Source: Pseudomonadaceae bacterium
GTDB lineage: Bacteria > Pseudomonadota > Gammaproteobacteria > Pseudomonadales > Pseudomonadaceae
Assembly: GCA_019747155.1 (NCBI GenBank)
Contig: JAIERD010000163.1
Location: 1-43,250, forward strand
Direction of reading: 5' to 3'
DNA: 43,250 nucleotides
Made by a program: the position numbers and the translations under genes. Below, piece after piece: positions 36,525-43,250 of the stretch (positions are counted from its first letter, which is position 1; the number at the start of each line of letters is the position of its first letter). The notes below the pieces were generated by a model. It made no database searches, was not told the DNA's origin, and saw only the letters and a program-made list of their open reading frames with translations.

Positions 36525-37339
36525 GCAGCACACGTATTGCCTTTATTGGCGCCGGCAACATGGCTGCCAGCCTGATTGGCGGCCTACGCGCACAAGGCGT
36601 GGCCGCCAGCGCCCTCTGCGCCAGTGAACCCGGCGCCGAGCAGCGCGACAAAGTTGCCGCCGAACTGGGCATCCAAGTCTTTGCTGACAATGCCGACGCC
36701 ATACAGGGCGCCGACCTGGTAGTGCTGGCGGTCAAGCCCCAGGTGATGAAAACCGTCTGCCTGGAGCTGGCCAACAACCTTACGTCTGGTCAGTTGATTG
36801 TCTCGATTGCCGCCGGCATCGGCTGCGCCAGCCTCGAACGCTGGCTGGGTAACCGCGCCATCGTGCGCTGCATGCCCAACACCCCGGCCTTGCTGCGCGA
36901 AGGCGTCAGCGGTTTGTATGCCAACGCCCAGGTGTCGGCCCCGCAACGCCAGCAAGCCGAGCAGCTGTTATCGGCAGTCGGCTTGGCCTTGTGGCTGGAT
37001 AATGAGCAGCAGATTGATGCGGTGACTGCAGTGTCTGGGAGCGGTCCGGCGTATTTCTTTTTGCTGATTGAAGCGATGGTCGCCGCCGGGGAAAAACTCG
37101 GCCTGTCGCCTGCGACCGCACTCAAACTCACCCAGCAAACCGCCCTCGGCGCCGCGCGCATGGCGCTGGCCAGCGATGTGGATGCCAGCGAACTGCGCCG
37201 CCGCGTGACCTCGCCGAATGGCACCACCGAGGCAGCAATCAACACCTTCCAAGCCGGCGGTTTCGAAGCCTTGGTCGAGCAAGCATTGAACGCCGCCGCC
37301 GCACGCTCGGCCGCACTCGCCGAAGAACTGGGTCAATAA
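36521..37339 (+). CDS. proC: Pyrroline-5-carboxylate reductase
   Basis: FIGAGNMA, LAVKPQ, RCMPNTP, SGSGPAY, VTSPNGTT. Confidence 0.97.
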   Translation: MSSTRIAFIGAGNMAASLIGGLRAQGVAASALCASEPGAEQRDKVAAELGIQVFADNADAIQGADLVVLAVKPQVMKTVCLELANNLTSGQLIVSIAAGIGCASLERWLGNRAIVRCMPNTPALLREGVSGLYANAQVSAPQRQQAEQLLSAVGLALWLDNEQQIDAVTAVSGSGPAYFFLLIEAMVAAGEKLGLSPATALKLTQQTALGAARMALASDVDASELRRRVTSPNGTTEAAINTFQAGGFEALVEQALNAAAARSAALAEELGQ

Positions 37340-37349
37340 GGAGCACAGC

Positions 37350-37940
37350 ATGGATCAATTAAATCAAGCAGCACTCTACGTCTTGCAAACCCTTGGCAGC
37401 CTGTACCTGATGATCGTGCTGCTGCGTTTTATCCTGCAACTGGTGCGCGCCGACTTCTACAACCCGCTCAGCCAGTTCGCCGTGCGCGCCACCCAGCCAT
37501 TACTCAAGCCGCTGCGCCGCGTGATTCCAAGCATCGCCGGGCTGGATATCGCCTCACTGGTGCTGGCCCTGCTGGTGCAATTGGTGCTGATGGCGCTGAC
37601 CATGCTGCTGGCCTACGGCACCACCGGCAGCCCAATCCAGCTGCTGATCTGGTCGCTGATTGGCATTACCGCACTGTTCATCAATATCTTCTTCTATGCG
37701 CTGATCATCAGCGTGATCCTCTCCTGGGTTGCCCAAGGCAGTCACAATCCCGCCGCCTTGCTGGTCAATCAACTCTGTGAACCGGTGCTGATGCCGTTCC
37801 GCAAGCTCTTGCCGAACATGGGCGGGCTGGACCTTTCGCCGATCTTCGCCTTTATCACCATCAAGCTGCTGGACATGCTGGTGATTAACAATCTGGCGCA
37901 AATGACCGGCATGCCTGACGTGCTACGCATGCTGATGTAA
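37350..37940 (+). CDS. yggT: YggT family membrane protein
   Basis: Two YGGT repeats (RADFYNPLSQF...PLRRVIP; EPVLMPFRKLLP...LDLSPI). RBS AAGGAG. Confidence 0.93.
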   Translation: MDQLNQAALYVLQTLGSLYLMIVLLRFILQLVRADFYNPLSQFAVRATQPLLKPLRRVIPSIAGLDIASLVLALLVQLVLMALTMLLAYGTTGSPIQLLIWSLIGITALFINIFFYALIISVILSWVAQGSHNPAALLVNQLCEPVLMPFRKLLPNMGGLDLSPIFAFITIKLLDMLVINNLAQMTGMPDVLRMLM

Positions 37941-38236
37941 TGAGCTATTTCCGTTGGGACGGCGAAGACCTGATCCTCGACTGCCATCTACAACCCAAGG
38001 CCAGCAGCGATGAGTTCGCTGGCCTGCACGGTGAGCGGCTAAAAATCCGCCTCACCGCGCCGCCCGTCGAAGGCAAAGCCAACGCTCACCTGCTGGCCTT
38101 TTTGGGCGCCGCCTTTGGGGTCGCGAAAAGCCAGGTCGAGCTGCTCAGTGGCGAGCTCAATCGGCAAAAACGCGTGCGTATTCGCCAACCGAAAAAGCTG
38201 CCCGAACTCCCCGGACTGACCGCTCGGACACCTTGA
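37940..38236 (+). CDS. yggU: DUF167/YggU family protein
   Basis: LQPKAS, LKIRLTAPPVEGKAN, GELNRQK. TAATG overlap with yggT. Confidence 0.9.
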   Translation: MSYFRWDGEDLILDCHLQPKASSDEFAGLHGERLKIRLTAPPVEGKANAHLLAFLGAAFGVAKSQVELLSGELNRQKRVRIRQPKKLPELPGLTARTP

Positions 38237-38423
38237 CTGACCTTAAGGTGGGATTATGGCGCTAACTGTTTGACGCTGAAGACGAGTTCGCCATAATGCA
38301 TGCTATCAAATGGACACTATCTGCCCGCCGCTGTGCGCCACTAACAGCGCGTCAAGATTAGCCGCTGTCCCCATTGATCTTGCCGACCAACCAGCAGGAT
38401 GCAGTTAGCAGAGGAGCAACGAC

Positions 38424-40406
38424 ATGAGCATGGAGCGTCTCAGTCAACAGGTAACGGCTTACGTTGCCTGGAAGCGTCAGTTAATGCGCGAGATCACCCG
38501 CTACCGCAGCTGGCTGGCGCACAACCATCTAAGCTCTGACGCCGTTGAGGCCAAGCTTGAGCGCGCGCTGAAACTGCTGCGCACCGATCACATCACCCTG
38601 GCGTTCGTGGGTGAGTATTCGCGCGGTAAGACCGAGCTGATCAACAGCCTATTCTTCTCCGAGTATGGCCAGCGCATGTTGCCGTCCCGCGCAGGGCGCA
38701 CCACCATGTGCCCGACCGAGCTGTTTTTTGATCCGCGCTCCGAGCGCTCCTATATACGCCTGTTGCCGATTGAAACCCGCGCCGCCCAAGCCAGCGTGGC
38801 CCAGTTCAAGCGCATCCCCAGCCATTGGGTAAACATCCCGCTGGACCTGAGCGACCCCGACAATATGGTGCAGGCCTTCACCCAGGTGGCCAAGACCAAG
38901 CCCATGCCGGTCGCCCAGGCGATTCAGCTCGGTTTTCACCCGGACATGCTCGAAAGCGCCGGCAAGCCCGGCATAGTGCTGGTGCCCGCCTGGCGACATG
39001 CCATCGTCAATTTCGACCACCCCTTGCTGCGCCAAGGCCTGCGGATTCTCGACACGCCTGGGCTAAACGCCCTGGGCAGCGAGCCCGAGTTAACCCTGTC
39101 GATGCTGCCCAGCGCACAGGCGATTATCTTTTTGCTGTCAGCCGACACTGGCGTTACCGCCAGCGATATGGCCGTCTGGCAGCAACACATTCTGCATCTG
39201 GATGAAGAAAATCCGGTTTGTCTGTTGGCCGTACTGAACAAGATCGACGTACTCTGGGACGACCTCGCCGGCGAAACCTTTGTGCAGCACGCCATCGAAA
39301 AAATCCGCAGCGCCACCGCCAAGCAACTGGGCATCGCCAACGAGAACGTGCTGCCAGTCTCGGCCAAGCAAGCGCTGCTGGCCAAGGTCCGCAAGGACCA
39401 AGCGCTGCTCGACCGCAGCCAGCTGGCCGACCTGGAAACCTTGCTTTGCGAGCGCATCGTCGCGCAGAAAGAACGCTTGATCGAGGACCGGGTCGTCAGC
39501 CAGGTACTGGGCTTACTGCAAAACAGTCAACACGTACTCAACCTGCGCTTGAGCAAGGTGCGCGAACAGCACCAACTGCTCTCCACTCACCAGCAGGATA
39601 ACGGTCAGTTACTCTTTGAGCTGACCGCTAAAACCAAAGAAGACCACGGCCAGCACCACAAGCGCCTGCTCGGTTTAAAAACCAACCAGCGCCTGCTCAA
39701 GCGCCAAGGCGATCTGCTGCGCAACTCAGTACGCAGCGAGCAGCTCGACAAGCACCTCGAACTACTGGGTAAAAACCTCACCGGCAGCTGGACCACCTTT
39801 GGCATCAACCAGACCATTTTGCACTTCTTCCGCTCGCTGGAAGCCGACTTGCACAACCTCAGCCATGAAGCCGAACTGGCCAACAAAATGGTTTCCGCCA
39901 TCTACCTCCGGCATAACCAAGAAAATCCGCTGCACGGCGTCGACGCGCCGCTATTTAACCTGAACCGACCGCTGCGCGAGCTGAAGAAACTGCAAGTGCA
40001 AGCCGACCAATTTCGCCTGCACTTAAAAACCATACTGACCAATCAAAGCACCCTCAGCCGGCGCTTCTTCGCCACCTTGGTGCAGGAAGTTATTGGTCTG
40101 CATCAGCGCCTGCGCCAAGATGCCGAGCAATGGGCAGGCGATGCCCTGACGCCACTGATGCAGCACACCCTCGAGAACAAGCAACTGCTCGAAACCCATA
40201 TGCTGCGCCTCAAGGCCCTGGCCCAAGAGACCCAGCAAAGCCGTCAGCGCAGCCAGCATCTGGCCAGTTACAACAGCGAACTGGAGCAACAGTTAGCCCA
40301 AGCCAACGACATGCTGCGCGTGCTGCGCCGTCCGGCGCCAGTGCAGCGCCAAGGCAAAGTCGTCAGCCTGCCCGGTGCAGGGCGCGGCCTGAGCGCCGTC
40401 GAATAA
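38424..40406 (+). CDS. Bacterial dynamin-like GTPase
   Basis: G1 GEYSRGKT, G2 region GRTTMCPTE, G3 LDTPGLN, G4 LNKID, N-terminal helix and long C-terminal coiled-coil-like region. RBS GAGGAG. Confidence 0.88.
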   Translation: MSMERLSQQVTAYVAWKRQLMREITRYRSWLAHNHLSSDAVEAKLERALKLLRTDHITLAFVGEYSRGKTELINSLFFSEYGQRMLPSRAGRTTMCPTELFFDPRSERSYIRLLPIETRAAQASVAQFKRIPSHWVNIPLDLSDPDNMVQAFTQVAKTKPMPVAQAIQLGFHPDMLESAGKPGIVLVPAWRHAIVNFDHPLLRQGLRILDTPGLNALGSEPELTLSMLPSAQAIIFLLSADTGVTASDMAVWQQHILHLDEENPVCLLAVLNKIDVLWDDLAGETFVQHAIEKIRSATAKQLGIANENVLPVSAKQALLAKVRKDQALLDRSQLADLETLLCERIVAQKERLIEDRVVSQVLGLLQNSQHVLNLRLSKVREQHQLLSTHQQDNGQLLFELTAKTKEDHGQHHKRLLGLKTNQRLLKRQGDLLRNSVRSEQLDKHLELLGKNLTGSWTTFGINQTILHFFRSLEADLHNLSHEAELANKMVSAIYLRHNQENPLHGVDAPLFNLNRPLRELKKLQVQADQFRLHLKTILTNQSTLSRRFFATLVQEVIGLHQRLRQDAEQWAGDALTPLMQHTLENKQLLETHMLRLKALAQETQQSRQRSQHLASYNSELEQQLAQANDMLRVLRRPAPVQRQGKVVSLPGAGRGLSAVE

Positions 40407-40446
40407 ACCCAAGTGCTTGATCTGCGCAGTAATTAGGCAACACCCA

Positions 40447-40488
40447 AGGCCCCCTGCGCTTGCCGCAGGGGGCCTCGCTCTTTAGACT
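40447..40488 (+). promoter_or_regulatory. 12-bp inverted repeat overlapping a candidate metX promoter (TTGCCG-17-TAGACT)
   Basis: aggccccctgcg-cttgc-cgcagggggcct (40447-40475). -35 at 40460-65 and -10 at 40483-88. Confidence 0.55.
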
Positions 40489-40518
40489 GACGACCTTATT
40501 TAAGTGCGAGCAGGCTCA

Positions 40519-41658
40519 ATGCCCAGCGTCTTTGCAGAAGATTCCATTGGCCTCGTCAGCCCCCAGACCGAACAGTTCCTTGAGCCCTTGCAACTGGCTT
40601 GCGGGCGCAGTCTGGCCAATTACCAACTGGTGTATGAAACCTATGGCCAGTTAAACGCCACGGGCAGCAACGCCGTGCTGATTTGCCACGCACTGTCCGG
40701 TCATCACCATGCCGCCGGTTATCACAGTGTTGACGAGCGCAAACCCGGCTGGTGGGACAGCTGCATCGGCCCCGGCAAACCTATTGATACGAATAAGTTC
40801 TTTGTCGTTAGCCTGAACAATCTGGGCGGCTGCAATGGCTCGACCGGGCCGTCCAGCCTCAACCCCGAAACCGGCAAGCCCTATGGCGCCGACTTCCCGA
40901 TGATGACGGTGGAAGACTGGGTCCATAGCCAAGCACTGCTGGCAGAGCGTCTCGGCATCGCCCAGTGGGCGGCAGTGGTCGGTGGCAGCCTCGGCGGCAT
41001 GCAGGCGCTGCAATGGACCATCAGCTACCCCGAGCGTGTCCGTCACTGTCTGGCCATTGCCTGTGCCCCCAAGCTGTCGGCGCAAAACATTGCCTTTAAC
41101 GAGGTGGCACGCCAGGCGATTCTGTCCGACCCGGACTTTCACGGCGGGCACTTTCAGGAGCGTGGGGTCATCCCCAAGCGCGGACTGATCTTGGCGCGCA
41201 TGGTCGGCCATATCACCTACCTGTCGGATGACGCCATGGGCGAGAAATTCGGCCGCGACCTGAAAAGCGACAAGCTTAATTACGACTTTCACAGCGTCGA
41301 GTTTCAGGTCGAAAGCTACCTGCGCTATCAGGGCGAAGAGTTTTCCGGGCGCTTCGATGCCAACACCTATCTGCTGATGACCAAGGCCCTCGACTACTTC
41401 GACCCGGCGGCCAGCCAAGGCGGCGATCTGGCCAAAGCCCTGGCACCAGCTCAGGCGGATTTTTGCGTGATGTCCTTTACCACCGACTGGCGCTTCTCGC
41501 CGGCCCGCTCACGGGAGTTGGTCGATGCCTTGATGGCCGCCGACAAAAACGTCAGCTACCTGGAAATCGACGCGCCGCAAGGCCACGACGCCTTTCTGAT
41601 TCCTATTCCACGCTACCTGCAGGCCTTCGACGCCTATATGCAGCGAATTAGCGTTTGA
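40519..41658 (+). CDS. metX: Homoserine O-acyltransferase MetX (succinyl-type in Pseudomonas)
   Basis: [15 protein letters not shown] nucleophile elbow, RFDANTY, GHDAFL. Start MPSVFAEDS. Confidence 0.96.
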   Translation: MPSVFAEDSIGLVSPQTEQFLEPLQLACGRSLANYQLVYETYGQLNATGSNAVLICHALSGHHHAAGYHSVDERKPGWWDSCIGPGKPIDTNKFFVVSLNNLGGCNGSTGPSSLNPETGKPYGADFPMMTVEDWVHSQALLAERLGIAQWAAVVGGSLGGMQALQWTISYPERVRHCLAIACAPKLSAQNIAFNEVARQAILSDPDFHGGHFQERGVIPKRGLILARMVGHITYLSDDAMGEKFGRDLKSDKLNYDFHSVEFQVESYLRYQGEEFSGRFDANTYLLMTKALDYFDPAASQGGDLAKALAPAQADFCVMSFTTDWRFSPARSRELVDALMAADKNVSYLEIDAPQGHDAFLIPIPRYLQAFDAYMQRISV

Positions 41659-41670
41659 GGCCGTCCTGAC

Positions 41671-42294
41671 ATGAGAGCCGACCTAGACATTATTCAAGAC
41701 TGGATCCCGACCGGCAGCCGGGTGCTCGACCTCGGCTGCGGCGACGGCGAGCTGCTCGCCTGGCTGCGCGACCACAAACAGGTCAGCGGTTATGGCCTGG
41801 AAATCGACGCCGATAACATCGCCCAATGCCTGCACAAAGGCATCAACGTGATAGAGCAAGACCTCGACCAGGGCCTAAGCAACTTTGCCAGCAACAGCTT
41901 CGATGTGGTGGTGATGACCCAGGCCCTGCAAGCCGTGCAGTACCCCGACCGGCTGCTGGAAGAGATGCTGCGCATCGGCCGCCAGTGCATCATCACCTTC
42001 CCCAACTTCGGCCATTGGCGTTGCCGCTGGGACTTGCTGCGCAGAGGCCAGATGCCGGTCTCCGAGTTCCTGCCCTACACCTGGTACAACACGCCGAACA
42101 TTCACTTCTGCACCTTCCTCGACTTCGAGGAGCTTTGCCACCAGCGTCAGGTGCGGGTACTCGACCGCCTGGCGGTAGATCGCCTGCATCGACACAGCTT
42201 TAGCAATCAGATATGGCCTAATCTATTTGGTGAGATTGGCATCTATCGCGTCAGCGGTCCGAGCCCCATACAGCCGCCCGCGCGACCTGAATAA
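41671..42294 (+). CDS. metW: Methionine biosynthesis protein MetW
   Basis: MRADL, VLDLGCGDG, FPNFGHW, WYNTPNIH. Directly follows metX. Confidence 0.95.
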   Translation: MRADLDIIQDWIPTGSRVLDLGCGDGELLAWLRDHKQVSGYGLEIDADNIAQCLHKGINVIEQDLDQGLSNFASNSFDVVVMTQALQAVQYPDRLLEEMLRIGRQCIITFPNFGHWRCRWDLLRRGQMPVSEFLPYTWYNTPNIHFCTFLDFEELCHQRQVRVLDRLAVDRLHRHSFSNQIWPNLFGEIGIYRVSGPSPIQPPARPE

Positions 42295-42319
42295 TCAGCG
42301 CAACGTGAGGAGAATCACC

Positions 42320-42739
42320 ATGCAACGTTTAGCCCTACTCGTTTTAAGCTTTTGCCTGGCGCTGCCCGCTATGGCCGAACAGAAACAAAGCTATGGGGCG
42401 CTGGATGTGCATTACAGCGCCTTCAACTCCAGCTTCTTGCAGCCCGAAGTGGCCGCAGCCGTCGGTTTGGTGCGCAGCAAGCAGCAAGGCGTGGTCAATG
42501 TCGCCTTGCTGCAAGCAGGCTTAGCCAGCACCGGCCAAGTCAGTGGCGAGGTGAAAAACCTGCTCGGACAAATCAGCCCGCTGAGTTTCAAGCAAGTCAA
42601 AGAAGGCACGGCGATTTACTACCTGGCGCAGTTCCCTTTCGAGCAACAAGAAATGCTGCGCTTCACCCTTAACGTCAAAGGCGCTGACGGCGTGCCGCAC
42701 AGCTTCGACTTCAGCCAAGAATTCTTCCCCGACCAATGA
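42320..42739 (+). CDS. DUF4426-like exported protein
   Basis: ATG 42320 with GAGGAG RBS. Signal peptide ending AMA|[23 protein letters not shown]. Lies between metW and rdgB. Confidence 0.82.
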   Translation: MQRLALLVLSFCLALPAMAEQKQSYGALDVHYSAFNSSFLQPEVAAAVGLVRSKQQGVVNVALLQAGLASTGQVSGEVKNLLGQISPLSFKQVKEGTAIYYLAQFPFEQQEMLRFTLNVKGADGVPHSFDFSQEFFPDQ

Positions 42740-43250
42740 AAGCAATAACCGAACTGGTATTGGCCAGCCATAACGCCGGCAAACTCAAAGAGCTGCAAGC
42801 CATGCTCGGCGACGGCATCAAGGTGCAGGCCGTCAGCGCTTTCAGCCTGGTTGAGCCGGATGAAACCGGCCTGTCGTTTATCGAAAACGCCATCCTCAAG
42901 GCCCGCCATGCGGCGCGCGTTTCCGGCCTACCGGCATTGGCCGACGACTCAGGCTTGGCGGTTGACCACCTCGGCGGCGCACCGGGCATTTACTCGGCCC
43001 GCTACGCAGGCGGTCTGGGCGATGCAGCCAACAATGCCAAACTGCTTGAGGCGCTACAGGATGTGCCGGACGAGCAGCGCGGCGCGCAGTTTGTCTGCGC
43101 CGTGGCGCTGGTGCGGCATGCCGACGACCCGCTGCCAATTGTCTGTGAAGGCCTCTGGCACGGCAGCATTTTGCGCGAACCGCGCGGCAGCCAGGGCTTT
43201 GGTTACGACCCGCTGTTTTGGGTGAGCGAACGCAACTGCGCCAGCGCCGA
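42736..43250 (+). CDS. rdgB: dITP/XTP pyrophosphatase RdgB (HAM1 family), 5' part
   Basis: ATG 42736 in ATGA overlap. Reads [62 protein letters not shown]. Open to the window end, so missing from the ORF track. Confidence 0.95.
   Translation, partial: MKAITELVLASHNAGKLKELQAMLGDGIKVQAVSAFSLVEPDETGLSFIENAILKARHAARVSGLPALADDSGLAVDHLGGAPGIYSARYAGGLGDAANNAKLLEALQDVPDEQRGAQFVCAVALVRHADDPLPIVCEGLWHGSILREPRGSQGFGYDPLFWVSERNCASA

Noticed and set aside
40489-40518. SAM or SAH riboswitch upstream of metX
   Set aside because: The predicted leader is only about 25 nt and I recognised no aptamer consensus. An Rfam scan would settle it.
42851-43225. 124-aa plus-strand ORF
   Set aside because: Alternative frame over rdgB, which is the real gene and runs off the window.

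Overview
GC-rich chromosomal window from a Pseudomonas-type gammaproteobacterium, mostly conserved backbone. Gene order: metF (3' part), an uncharacterised two-gene module (754-aa exported helical-repeat protein plus a DUF3142-like GH18-fold protein), rhlE, yceI, cytochrome b561, sulP, exported flavin amine oxidase, bioA, rsmE, the pilGHIJK-chpABC chemosensory operon (minus strand), gshB, tonB3, algH, yqgF, pyrR-pyrB-pyrC', TM2 protein, pilU-pilT, yggS-proC-yggT-yggU, a dynamin-like GTPase, metX-metW, DUF4426 and rdgB (5' part). No rRNA, tRNA, CRISPR array, transposase or prophage gene was seen. The most notable items are (1) the exported scaffold plus GH18-like pair between metF and rhlE, (2) two copies of a 140-bp MITE-like element, each starting at a gene's TAA stop, with terminal inverted repeats and compensatory base changes, (3) a stand-alone dynamin-like GTPase beside yggT/yggU and pilT/pilU, (4) REP elements, one supplying the sulP stop codon, and (5) a perfect hexamer repeat and near-duplicate Hpt segments inside chpA. 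All family calls come from motif recognition by eye; no database searches were run.
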